The notes beneath the pieces were generated by a model. It was not told where the DNA came from, did no database searches, and saw only the letters and a list, made by a program, of their open reading frames with translations. Of a stretch of 64,000 nt of DNA, positions 44,309 to 53,337 are shown one piece after another. The position numbers were made by a program, and so were the translations under genes. The stretch spans positions 27,159 to 91,158 of the IMG/VR virus record IMGVR_UViG_3300005096_000071; one strand, given 5' to 3'. How positions within the stretch are numbered: the stretch's first letter is position 1; each line of letters begins with the position of its first letter. This DNA is from a virus.

Positions 44309-46108
44309 ATGCCAAAGTACACGATCGCGCGAAGCGAAGCAATCGACAACCTCAACATGTTGTGGCCGGAGCCCGACATGACCCCAACGGTGGTGGTCCG
44401 GCATAAAAAAAGCCGACCCCCGGGAGGGGGCCGACTGAATCCGTTGTGCTCGGCAAGAGCCCAAACGACCAGGCCCACAGTTCGCGAGCCCTGCTTGCTC
44501 GCAGACACTGTAGCGAAAAGCGTGCCAGTCGACAAGCTACTGCGCCGGATCGCCCCGGTGGAGATGGCACTCGGCGGTCCGATCGCATGGCAAGCGGTGC
44601 CGCTGCAGTGGCGCGCCGACGCTGACGTGGCGGGCCCAGACTGCGGCACCGTGGCCGACTTGCTCACCAGGTTGTCCGGCCGGTGGTGGCGCTGGGAATG
44701 GAGCAGCACGCCGCGCAGGCTCTGGGAGGATGTGATCCGAGCGAAGTGGCCGGGCCGCATCGGGCGGGCTCGGTTCCTCGCAGCATGGAAGCACCTAGAC
44801 CGCCTCGGGCTCATCGCCCGGAAGGCCACGGCGTGGGTGATCGAGGCATGCCGACCGGAGGACAAAGCAGCCCGGCTCGCCGAAGAGTCCCAAGGTCTCG
44901 CGGCGTTGCCCACCCCTGGGCAGAGCCCTAGTAAGGAACGCGCACGCGAGATCGGTAAACCTCTAATCTACGCAACGCCACATACAGGGCACCCGAGCAG
45001 TTTCCTGCGTTCTGTAGGTTACGTAAGCACTGTCAGTAATCCCAACTTCCTCACTGCGAACCAAGATCGCGCACACGCACACGCGTTGCAGACACTATGC
45101 CAGGAGAACGATATGGGCGGAAATAACCCGACACCTCAGACGAACGACGCGGCATCAGGAGCCCCCGAGACCTCCGACGGCCAGACGCCCAGCCCGATCC
45201 CTCCGTGGGAGTCTGGGAAGACGGGAGCCGGCCCCCACGCAAAAATGTGGCCCTACCGTTGGAATGTCCTCCGGCAGCGGCTCGAAAAGGAATGGGCGCC
45301 GCAATCGATGCGGTACGGTCGCGGCCGGCGCCAAGCTCAGCGCGCCCAACGATTCGGCACGGCGCTCTATATGGCGCTGCTACCAAAGGGCGCGGACAAG
45401 CTGCAGAGCGCGAGCGACTACGCGAGCGACGAGGTCTGGGCGAAGGCGCTCCGATCGGTGTTCAACCGAGAGCACCCGCCCAACAGTCCGCTGGAGTTCA
45501 TGGCGGCGGTTATCTCCGACTCCCTAGACGACACCGACCAGGCAAAGAAGCGCGAGAAGGCGAACGCCAAGCGCTACAAGCGGGTGGTGGGCGGCTCGAT
45601 GGGGGTTGCGTCCGCAGATCAAAAAGTGCAACCTCGCGGAGGCATAAATGCCAGAGTCCCGCACAAATCGACGCAACCGCGCCAAGGGGTACACGCAGAA
45701 CAAGCGGGTGCCGGACCTGGGGGACAGCATGCCCAGCCAGACCTGTTTGACGGGGATCGTCGGGACCGTTCCGAAGCTGTACGACCTGATAGACGCGAGC
45801 CTTCAACAGCTCGACTGGAATTGGGTAACCCTCGCCAAGGAGATCCCGTGCAGTCGCCAGCACCTGGAGCGACTAGTGAAGCGGCCGACCATCCCGTCGG
45901 ATATATTCCTGCGCATCTGCGCGGTCCTGGGGATCAACCCCGAGGACGTGATCACAGCAACAAAGCTCGTCGAGTAGGACCATCCCATGACCGAACCCCA
46001 GCCCAACGAAGATCAGAACATCACCAGCGACCAGCGGCTGACGGCGATCCGTCTGCTGACGATGCGAATCGAGCGCAGGAACCAAGCGAAGAAAGCCGCG
46101 ACCGCTGA
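44309..46108 (+). CDS. Putative replication initiator-like protein (wHTH); real start probably ~44522-44563; end may be 45647 if a G-run shift or indel exists
   Basis: RF..AW.HL.RLGLI wHTH-like helix, low-complexity RARE/RAHAH linker, position among replication genes. Confidence 0.5.
   Translation: MPKYTIARSEAIDNLNMLWPEPDMTPTVVVRHKKSRPPGGGRLNPLCSARAQTTRPTVREPCLLADTVAKSVPVDKLLRRIAPVEMALGGPIAWQAVPLQWRADADVAGPDCGTVADLLTRLSGRWWRWEWSSTPRRLWEDVIRAKWPGRIGRARFLAAWKHLDRLGLIARKATAWVIEACRPEDKAARLAEESQGLAALPTPGQSPSKERAREIGKPLIYATPHTGHPSSFLRSVGYVSTVSNPNFLTANQDRAHAHALQTLCQENDMGGNNPTPQTNDAASGAPETSDGQTPSPIPPWESGKTGAGPHAKMWPYRWNVLRQRLEKEWAPQSMRYGRGRRQAQRAQRFGTALYMALLPKGADKLQSASDYASDEVWAKALRSVFNREHPPNSPLEFMAAVISDSLDDTDQAKKREKANAKRYKRVVGGSMGVASADQKVQPRGGINARVPHKSTQPRQGVHAEQAGAGPGGQHAQPDLFDGDRRDRSEAVRPDRREPSTARLELGNPRQGDPVQSPAPGATSEAADHPVGYIPAHLRGPGDQPRGRDHSNKARRVGPSHDRTPAQRRSEHHQRPAADGDPSADDANRAQEPSEESRDR
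44405..44500 (-). ncRNA. Putative antisense sRNA 2 (~95 nt)
   Basis: Promoter TTGTCG-N17-TACAGT (44535-44507); terminator with 10-bp stem 44412-44435 and U7. Confidence 0.6.
45648..45977 (+). CDS. Cro/CI-type HTH regulator
   Basis: SD GGAGG; LAKEIPCSRQHLERL...IC.VLGINPEDVI. Confidence 0.78.
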   Translation: MPESRTNRRNRAKGYTQNKRVPDLGDSMPSQTCLTGIVGTVPKLYDLIDASLQQLDWNWVTLAKEIPCSRQHLERLVKRPTIPSDIFLRICAVLGINPEDVITATKLVE

Positions 46109-46595
46109 GTGGCGCGAAGTACTCGACACCAAAACGCGAGCGCTGAACGAGCTGATCGAAGAGGAGACTCCGATCGACGACGAGGAGGCTTGCGTCGCGC
46201 GCCTCGATGAGATCCGCCTCGCGCTCAAAAACCGCAGGCAGGCCGAGACCGATAAGAAGTCAGCGATCGGAAAGATCAACGCGGAGATCGAGCAAGCCGA
46301 GAGCGCGCGCTACGAGATGATCATGACGGAGGGGGCGACCCAGTCCCACCTCAACTTCGCCGAGGATGGAGCGGCCGAGCCATGGCTGACGAGCGAGGCC
46401 GCCCGCGAGGTAGGGCTGGCGCTCAACGATGTCGCGAAGGATTCGGGCGGAGACCTCGCGCCCGAGATGGACGCACTCCGGCGCCGAGTCGAATCGATGG
46501 GGCTGGGAAAAATCCGGCTCGTCGACGAGGACGATGGCGAGGAGGATGACGAGGAAGAGAGCGAGGACAAGAGCGAGGCCGGACCCGACTTCTGA
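45987..46595 (+). CDS. Coiled-coil protein with acidic C-terminal tail
   Basis: Codon bias, terminator follows. Confidence 0.75.
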   Translation: MTEPQPNEDQNITSDQRLTAIRLLTMRIERRNQAKKAATAEWREVLDTKTRALNELIEEETPIDDEEACVARLDEIRLALKNRRQAETDKKSAIGKINAEIEQAESARYEMIMTEGATQSHLNFAEDGAAEPWLTSEAAREVGLALNDVAKDSGGDLAPEMDALRRRVESMGLGKIRLVDEDDGEEDDEEESEDKSEAGPDF

Positions 46596-46617
46596 ACGAA
46601 GCCCCCAGGGTTCACGG

Positions 46618-46646
46618 GAGGGGGACCATGCGGTCCCCCTCTTTTT
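46618..46646 (+). terminator. Rho-independent terminator
   Basis: GAGGGGGACC-ATGC-GGTCCCCCTC-TTTTT. Confidence 0.85.
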
Positions 46647-46647
46647 G

Positions 46648-46690
46648 TTGCACCTGCGGGGTTGCACTTTCGAAAAGTGCACGGTAGCTT
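46648..46690 (+). promoter_or_regulatory. Conserved promoter TTGCAC-N8-TTGCAC-N17-TAGCTT with internal TGCACTTT-CGA-AAAGTGCA palindrome
   Basis: Family member upstream of the recombination operon. Confidence 0.75.
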
Positions 46691-46743
46691 GTGCGTGGCG
46701 CCTCGGCGTCCCTTCCCCTTCACCTCCAAGGAACGAGACCAAC

Positions 46744-47736
46744 GTGCAAGAACACGACCCCTACGGGGGCATGACCCGGAACGAGTGGATCGAATCGCGC
46801 AAGCGAGGGATCGGCGGTTCTGAAGCGGCGGCGCTGTTCGGCGTCCATCCCTGGACGTCTCCGTTCGCGCTGTACCAAGAGAAGATCGGCGCGGTCAACG
46901 ACGACCGGGACTCGCCGGCGATGCGCTGGGGCCGACGGCTGGAGCCTGTGGTCCGCGACGCATACGCCGAGGAGGTTGGCCGAGTCGTCACCGTCGGCGT
47001 GACCAATCGGGCCCACCCGCGGATCCCGTTCATGCTCGCCAACACGGACGGAACGATCGGGCCGATCCCGGACTTCGATGGGCCCGGCGTGTACGAGGGG
47101 AAGATGACCCTCTCTCCCCACAATAAGGCGCAGTGGGACGTGGGCGTGCCGCTGTTCTACCAGGTCCAAACCCAACACTATATGGCGGTGCTCGGCCTGG
47201 AGTGGGCGGGCGTGGCGTGCTTCATCCCTGGCGTGTACGACCCGCTGCTGTACTGCGACATCCCGCGGAATCAGAGATTCATCGACGCACTAGAGGAGCG
47301 CGAGCACCGGTTCTGGCACGACCACATCCTCGCGGGCGTGGCTCCCGATCCTGATGGGTCGATGGCAACGACGAACGCGCTGAAGCTACTCCACCCGAAA
47401 GACAACGGCGAGATCATCACGCTCCCCGAGGAGTCGGCGATGTGGGCCCGACGGGTCGAGAGATCGAACGCCGCGATGAAACGCCTCAAGGGCGTGAAGG
47501 ATGAGTTCTCGAACAAGCTCCGCGCCGCCATGGGGCCGGCGACTTACGGCATCCTCCCGGACTCAACCGGGTACAGCTACAAGCACCAGAGCCGCGCCGC
47601 CTTCTCAGTGAAGGCCAACGAGACGCGAGTGCTCCGACGGTCGAGCGCGAAGGCGATCGTCAAGGCACAGAAGGCACTCAACGAAGCGGCAGACGCAGCC
47701 CTCGCAGACGCGGGCCTCGATACGATTGGACTCTGA
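46744..47736 (+). CDS. YqaJ-like viral recombinase exonuclease
   Basis: W...R.RGIGGSEAAA, WG..LEP, AN.DG, YEGK, Y..Q.QHYMAV. Confidence 0.93.
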   Translation: MQEHDPYGGMTRNEWIESRKRGIGGSEAAALFGVHPWTSPFALYQEKIGAVNDDRDSPAMRWGRRLEPVVRDAYAEEVGRVVTVGVTNRAHPRIPFMLANTDGTIGPIPDFDGPGVYEGKMTLSPHNKAQWDVGVPLFYQVQTQHYMAVLGLEWAGVACFIPGVYDPLLYCDIPRNQRFIDALEEREHRFWHDHILAGVAPDPDGSMATTNALKLLHPKDNGEIITLPEESAMWARRVERSNAAMKRLKGVKDEFSNKLRAAMGPATYGILPDSTGYSYKHQSRAAFSVKANETRVLRRSSAKAIVKAQKALNEAADAALADAGLDTIGL

Positions 47737-47740
47737 GACG

Positions 47741-48685
47741 ATGGCAAGTAAATCCAAAAGCAGCACCACCGAACTACCACCCATGCCCCAGGAGGATGTA
47801 GTGTTGGAAAACTCAGAGGACCGGACCAAGATCGTCGTCGTCAAAACGATGCTGGAGCGTTCGAAGGATGAGGTCTCGCGCGCGCTCTCGGGACAGATGG
47901 ACCCGGAGCGGTTCCTCCGCGTCGCGCTGACGACCTACCAGACGGGCGAGGGGCTCACGGAAACCGACCCGATCACGTTCATCGGGTGCATCGTCCAGGC
48001 GGCCCAGCTCGGGCTCAGCACGGACCCGTTGCTCGGCGAGTGCTACCTGTTGCCCCGCTGGAACAAACACCTCAAGCGCAAGGTCTGCACCCTGCAGATC
48101 GGCTACCAGGGGCTGATGAAGCGGTGCCGGCGGTCGCCGTTGCTGGACAACATCGACGCCGACGTAGTCCACGCGAACGACGAGTTCGAGGTGATCAAGG
48201 GGGTCCCCGACTCCATCATCCGGCACAAGCCATGCCTCCGGGGTGACCCGGGGCCCATCGTGGCGAGCTACGCGATCGCTCGATTCAAAACCGGGTCCTA
48301 CGTGTTCCGGGTTTGCATGGTGTGGGAGATCGAGAAGGCCCGACTCCGAAGCGACGCCGGCAAGAAAGGGTGGGGGCCGTGGAAAACCGACTATGACGCC
48401 ATGGCCATGAAGACGGCGATCCGCCGGCTGACCAAGGTCCTCCCGACGGACGACGTCACTCGCGCGCAGATCACGAACGAGGAGCGCGACGAATCAGTGA
48501 TCGACGCGGCGTTCGCTGAGCGCATAATCCAGGCCGGGCCGCCGCGCTCGGACAACCCGCCGCAACAGTCAGTACCGGCGACCACCGACGACCTCGCGAC
48601 CCAGCACGAAAACGAAAGGAGAGACGAAGATGTCCCACCCCCGACAGATCCACCGAACGAAGATCGATCCGAGGACCCGACCTGA
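47741..48685 (+). CDS. recT: RecT ssDNA annealing protein
   Basis: AAQLGL..D..LG.CYL.P, IGYQGL, PW.TDYDAMA.KT.IRRL.K.LP. Confidence 0.95.
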   Translation: MASKSKSSTTELPPMPQEDVVLENSEDRTKIVVVKTMLERSKDEVSRALSGQMDPERFLRVALTTYQTGEGLTETDPITFIGCIVQAAQLGLSTDPLLGECYLLPRWNKHLKRKVCTLQIGYQGLMKRCRRSPLLDNIDADVVHANDEFEVIKGVPDSIIRHKPCLRGDPGPIVASYAIARFKTGSYVFRVCMVWEIEKARLRSDAGKKGWGPWKTDYDAMAMKTAIRRLTKVLPTDDVTRAQITNEERDESVIDAAFAERIIQAGPPRSDNPPQQSVPATTDDLATQHENERRDEDVPPPTDPPNEDRSEDPT

Positions 48686-49130
48686 TCTGTGGCTGAGGCG
48701 CCCAGGCCGGTACGTGTTCGAGGTCCGCGATTTCTTCCGCCGCCCAGTGTCTTCAGGCCTCAACGCCATCCACGCGAGCTGCTACGTCCTCGGGGAGATG
48801 GACGGGCCAGACATCACGTCGAGCCCGTCGCGCGGCCTAAAGGTGTGCCGCCCGTTCGTCATCGAAGGCAAGGGGCTGTCGTGGACGGTCCGGTTCCTGG
48901 CGGTATGCGGGAACGCCGAGGCCTTGGTCGATCTCGAATCGGACAACGAAGTGAGCGGGGCGATCGCGTTCCACCCGTTCGTCGGGATGGTGGTCGAGCC
49001 GGACCAAACCGCGGGCAAGCCACACCGCGCGATTCAGATCGCATCGTTCGAACACCTAGATCCTGCGTTCGAGGTCGGGTCGGGCCCGTGGAACGGCGAG
49101 AGCATCTGCAGGGATGACCCACGGGTTTGA
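48630..49130 (+). CDS. Hypothetical protein (start uncertain)
   Basis: Codon bias in this frame. Confidence 0.55.
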   Translation: MSHPRQIHRTKIDPRTRPDLWLRRPGRYVFEVRDFFRRPVSSGLNAIHASCYVLGEMDGPDITSSPSRGLKVCRPFVIEGKGLSWTVRFLAVCGNAEALVDLESDNEVSGAIAFHPFVGMVVEPDQTAGKPHRAIQIASFEHLDPAFEVGSGPWNGESICRDDPRV

Positions 49131-49147
49131 TAGCGGACGATTTCACG

Positions 49148-50344
49148 ATGGCAGAACGACTCCACATCGACGACAGATGGCTAGCGCAGACCTGGGACTA
49201 CGGAGACATGGCAAAGGGATACAAAATCATGACCGCGGGCGCGCTGACGTCGATTCAGTTTGACGACGGGTATCGGGTGGAGGTCGACAGCCGCCACCCC
49301 GACCAACTCGCGGACGCGCTGGGCAGCATCTCACGCCACATTGTGGAGAAAACAAACGCTCTGGCACACGTCAAGGAAGAATTGAAGCGAGAGTGCGCCG
49401 CCCGCTCGGAGTTGAACGTCGTGTCGCACAAACTAAAGCGCGAGCACTGCAGCGAGAAGGCAGTACTGGAGGCGGGGCAGGCGCAACTCCGCAACGAGCT
49501 GGGCGAGGGCCAGCGCCGACTCGGTGAGGCGGAGGGGAAACTCCGCGCGCTCGACGAGATGCAGAACCTGCACCTGACGATGAGCGGACGGATGATCCGC
49601 ACGACTCTCATTGAGCACGGTTGGACGCTCATCGGCGGCTCCGACCGTTTCCGTGCACCGATGGAGTTGTGCCCCGCGGATCGTCCGCGAACCGACTACG
49701 ACGTGAAGGATGCGATCAACATCCACATGACCGCGCTCGGATCCAAACTCGCGCCACACGTCCAAATCCTACCTTTAGCACGACAGATCTACAGCGACCG
49801 GAGTCCCGCGGCACAGCTGCGAGTAATCAAAGAGAGCAGAGCAATGAACGACACACCTGACGACACCGACACACCTGACGACACCGAATATACACGAGGC
49901 CTCCCTACAGCCAAAGCACCCGCGCCAACACTAGAGCCGCCTGGCACGATGAAACAGATAGGGAACAACTTCGCAGCCGGCGCATTGTTGGCCGCGCAGC
50001 TCGGGGCGAGCCGGACAATGACCGCGCTTACAATCGAGGCGCTCGAAAGTGCCGGCATGCCTCGGGAGATGCTGGAGCACCCGCTGGTCAAAGCGTTGAT
50101 CCAGCTCGGCACACCGGCCTTGCTCCGCGTCGCGGCGCCACACCTCCCTGGAGTGGGCGACTCGATGTCGAAGGTCCTGGACCACGTCCAGATCGGGGCG
50201 ACGGCCAGCGTTGGCGGCGAGGTGATCGGGGTTGTCGGTGAGAAGATCCTCCCGATCCTGAAGGCCTTGAAAGAGCAGGGGGCCAAGTTCTCTATGCTCG
50301 AAGGCAAGGCCAGCGGGAACGTCGAACAGCTCGATCCAAAGTGA
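49148..50344 (+). CDS. Hypothetical coiled-coil protein; possible internal start at 49844
   Basis: Long ORF with two compositionally distinct halves. Confidence 0.6.
   Translation: MAERLHIDDRWLAQTWDYGDMAKGYKIMTAGALTSIQFDDGYRVEVDSRHPDQLADALGSISRHIVEKTNALAHVKEELKRECAARSELNVVSHKLKREHCSEKAVLEAGQAQLRNELGEGQRRLGEAEGKLRALDEMQNLHLTMSGRMIRTTLIEHGWTLIGGSDRFRAPMELCPADRPRTDYDVKDAINIHMTALGSKLAPHVQILPLARQIYSDRSPAAQLRVIKESRAMNDTPDDTDTPDDTEYTRGLPTAKAPAPTLEPPGTMKQIGNNFAAGALLAAQLGASRTMTALTIEALESAGMPREMLEHPLVKALIQLGTPALLRVAAPHLPGVGDSMSKVLDHVQIGATASVGGEVIGVVGEKILPILKALKEQGAKFSMLEGKASGNVEQLDPK
49850..49885. repeat. 18-bp tandem duplication (DTPDDT x2)
   Basis: GACACACCTGACGACACC x2. Confidence 0.85.
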
Positions 50345-50868
50345 CCGAGTATCTCATCTGCTCTGTCGACCCGGGCAAACTCTGCGGCGTCGCCGTACGG
50401 GTCCCGGGTCGACCACCCACGCTTCACCGCGTGAGGGGTAACCGCCTTGCGGATGTCGCCCGGATCGTCATGTCGCTGCGGGCGTTGGCGGATGAGAAGG
50501 GCGTGAGGCCGGTCGTCGTGATCGAGAATCAGTTTGGCGCGATGCGGAGCGGCAGGGACGGCAAGCCGTCGATCAATCTGAAGGGCCTCGCGACGTTATA
50601 CCGCCGCCGCCACGAGTGGGAGATCCTGTGCCAGCTGTACGGCATCGAGGTCGAGACGGTCTGGCCCTCGACGTGGCAGACGCAACTGAAGCAAGTCCCG
50701 CCGCACAACCCGGACGGGAGCAAACGATCGACCAAGGCGAAGTCGCTCCACCTCGCGGCTCGGAAGTGGCCGACGATCTTCGACTGGACAGAAGACACCG
50801 CGGACGCGGCGCTTATCGGGGAGTGGTATCGAATGGAGCTGATGCGAAAAGGCGAGCTACTGTTTTGA
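50341..50868 (+). CDS. RuvC-like Holliday junction resolvase
   Basis: VDPG...GVA, VVIE, V.PSTW, K, D.ADAALI. Confidence 0.85.
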   Translation: MTEYLICSVDPGKLCGVAVRVPGRPPTLHRVRGNRLADVARIVMSLRALADEKGVRPVVVIENQFGAMRSGRDGKPSINLKGLATLYRRRHEWEILCQLYGIEVETVWPSTWQTQLKQVPPHNPDGSKRSTKAKSLHLAARKWPTIFDWTEDTADAALIGEWYRMELMRKGELLF

Positions 50869-51161
50869 CGTTGCACGATCCGACCATCGGCCCGGCCCAG
50901 GTCAGCAAGCCCGTACACAAAGGGCTGAAGCTGCAGGCGGGTGCGTCGCTCGAAATACGGATCACGCAACCGTGCGACTTCACGGTCGAGATACGCGCGA
51001 TCGTTCCGATCCGAAAGGACGGGAGGATCCGGCTATACCCGCAGGTGCTGGACACCCGCACGGGGCTCAAAGATGAGACCGAGCTATGGGTGACAATCGC
51101 GGAGCTGGCACAGTCGCGGCTGTGCGACGCGGCCGACCGCGCGGAGATCGAAGGCGGATGA
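50865..51161 (+). CDS. Hypothetical protein
   Basis: Coupled ORF. Confidence 0.5.
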   Translation: MTLHDPTIGPAQVSKPVHKGLKLQAGASLEIRITQPCDFTVEIRAIVPIRKDGRIRLYPQVLDTRTGLKDETELWVTIAELAQSRLCDAADRAEIEGG

Positions 51162-51604
51162 AACGAGACCTCGAAAAGCAAAGAGCCTGGCAACGCCGAT
51201 CCAAACCGCTGAAGCGGTCAGGGTTTAGGGGCGGGCGCAAGCCGATCAAAAAGTCAAACCCCGAGCGACGGCGCCGCGCGTACGATCGCAACTTCGGAGA
51301 GCGAGCCGACCACATCCGCGCCATGCCATGCCTGGTCGCCGCCGCCTGGTCGCCGCCGCAGTGGACCGAGGCCGGGGCGCCCCGATGTTTCGGAGACGTC
51401 CAGGCGTGCCACGCTCGCGCTCGCGGCATGGGCGGAGTCAAGGGTGACCGGCGAACACTCGTGCCGCTCTGCGCAGCGCACCACCGAGAGTCCGGCGAGC
51501 TGAACACGACGGAGCGCGCCGAGTTCGAGGCCCGATATCAGATCGACCTCACCGCGAAGGCGGCGGCGCTGGCGATCGTGTTCGACGGTCTGGGTGTCCC
51601 ATGA
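51158..51604 (+). CDS. HNH-like/DUF968-type nuclease
   Basis: IR.MPCL, ACH.R.RGMG, VPLC..HH. Confidence 0.75.
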   Translation: MKRDLEKQRAWQRRSKPLKRSGFRGGRKPIKKSNPERRRRAYDRNFGERADHIRAMPCLVAAAWSPPQWTEAGAPRCFGDVQACHARARGMGGVKGDRRTLVPLCAAHHRESGELNTTERAEFEARYQIDLTAKAAALAIVFDGLGVP

Positions 51605-52008
51605 GGTCGCTGTATCGCTACGTCGACCAGGGCGGCGTACTCATCCCCACCCTGGTGTCCGACGCGGCGAACGACGGCCGGGATAACGTCGTGCGGTTCA
51701 TCGACCACCTCCCAGGGTGGTGGTGGTCGGGGTGGGTCGCGTGTGAGCACTGCGGCGGCCTGTACGTGGGTGTTCTCAAGCGGGACAGCAAGGGCGAGCG
51801 GCCCCCGGCGACGCTGCCGTGCGCGCTCTGCCCCCTCGCTGCGGTCCCTGAAGCTCACTGGACGGCGGCGGCAGCGGTCAAGTGCACCGAGTGCGGCCAC
51901 GACTGGATCGAGGTGATCATTCGCACCATGGAGATCTTGCCAACGAAGCTCCAGTGCCCTGCGTGCCAGAGCCCCACAGATCAGCTAGAACCCTGGCCCC
52001 CGGACTAG
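51601..52008 (+). CDS. Multi Zn-ribbon protein
   Basis: Four CxxC pairs. Confidence 0.65.
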   Translation: MRSLYRYVDQGGVLIPTLVSDAANDGRDNVVRFIDHLPGWWWSGWVACEHCGGLYVGVLKRDSKGERPPATLPCALCPLAAVPEAHWTAAAAVKCTECGHDWIEVIIRTMEILPTKLQCPACQSPTDQLEPWPPD

Positions 52009-52015
52009 ACTCAGG

Positions 52016-52780
52016 ATGGACGACCGCAAAGCCTTACGATTCGCCCTCGTGCTCGTCGCTGTGATCGGCGCGTTTCAGTTCTACGCTAGCTTCCTGCAGG
52101 CGGCGAGCCCCGAGGGGTTCCCGCGCATGGGGTTCCCGCGCGAGCCCATCGCTCGCACCGCCGCGCTTGAGCGCGTCGACGAGGTCTACCGCGCGATCGA
52201 TGCGGCGACCGATGACCCGGCCCTGCGCGACGAGCTGCGCCGCCGCTGCCGGACTGAGTCGTGGTGCAACTGGTACGGCGTGACGGACGTCCACGCCGGA
52301 GACGCAAGCCTCGGGCGCAAACGATGGAGGAAAGCCGTCGCGCGGGGGTTGCTCGATCCCGAAGCGTGCGAGGTGCACGAGTTGGGCGAGACTCGCGAGG
52401 AGTGGGTGTGGTGGTCCACCGTCGGAGCGTTTGGGACAGTCTCGTCCTACGTCATCCGCCACCGTGGGGAGTGCGCGGACCCGCACGACATGGTCGACCC
52501 GTTCGTCGCGGCCGACCTCGCGGTCGCACACGCTGGCGTCCTCTGCCGCCGCTACAAGGCCTGCACCTGTCCGAAGCGCGCCCGGTGGTGGGCCGGCCCC
52601 GGACTCTGGGACAGGCGCTCACCGCTCGACAGGATGACCCGCACCGTTCGCCAGTGCGGCGAACAGCCAGAGAGCGACGTGGCCGTAGCATACGTCATGA
52701 CGCCGTGGTGGTACTTCAACGAAGGCCTAAAAGGATGCACCCGTTTGGTTGCAATGATTCGGGAGATCGCGTTAGCCTGA
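52016..52780 (+). CDS. Membrane-anchored Cys-rich protein, possible lytic transglycosylase fold
   Basis: N-terminal TM; ES, GAFG, DP....A..H and W.G pattern. Confidence 0.5.
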   Translation: MDDRKALRFALVLVAVIGAFQFYASFLQAASPEGFPRMGFPREPIARTAALERVDEVYRAIDAATDDPALRDELRRRCRTESWCNWYGVTDVHAGDASLGRKRWRKAVARGLLDPEACEVHELGETREEWVWWSTVGAFGTVSSYVIRHRGECADPHDMVDPFVAADLAVAHAGVLCRRYKACTCPKRARWWAGPGLWDRRSPLDRMTRTVRQCGEQPESDVAVAYVMTPWWYFNEGLKGCTRLVAMIREIALA

Positions 52781-52784
52781 CCGG

Positions 52785-53336
52785 GTGAAGGCGGAGATCA
52801 CGATCTTTCCCTACGGCGACTTCGAGGGCGCCCCGGTCCTCGCGCTCGACATCGGGACGACCATCACCCCCGAGGAGCTGATCAAGTACGTCCTCGGCGG
52901 CATGCGGACCGGCATCCAAGGGCTTTGGATCCGCGACGCCCCATGGGGGGATCACAACGTGGATCAGGCCCTGATGTACGTGATGGCCGACCCTAGGTGG
53001 TCAACGCTGCCGGTGCTCGGGGTTCGGAAGGTGGCCGTCGAGAAGTGGCTCACCACCGAGATCGGGTGGATCGCCGACTGTTCGGACCTGATGGCGGCAC
53101 CGATCTCGCTGACCGGGATCCGCGAGTCGCTGCTGACTATGGCGTACCGCCCGCAGATCGCGGAGATCGTAGTCCGCAACCCGAGCCGCGCGAACGTCAA
53201 GCCCGCGGTCCTCGACGCGCTCTACGAGGACCTCGCACCCGCCGGGCGTGGCTGGCTCTACACGACCGGCGACCCCATCGAGGTGATGCCCGCGATCCTC
53301 GGCGCCGCGACCCCGTGGTGCGTCCGGAAGGTCTAG
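52785..53336 (+). CDS. Hypothetical protein (possible degenerate QueE/NrdG-like fold)
   Basis: ORF with leaderless start; fold is inference. Confidence 0.65.
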   Translation: MKAEITIFPYGDFEGAPVLALDIGTTITPEELIKYVLGGMRTGIQGLWIRDAPWGDHNVDQALMYVMADPRWSTLPVLGVRKVAVEKWLTTEIGWIADCSDLMAAPISLTGIRESLLTMAYRPQIAEIVVRNPSRANVKPAVLDALYEDLAPAGRGWLYTTGDPIEVMPAILGAATPWCVRKV

Positions 53337-53337
53337 C

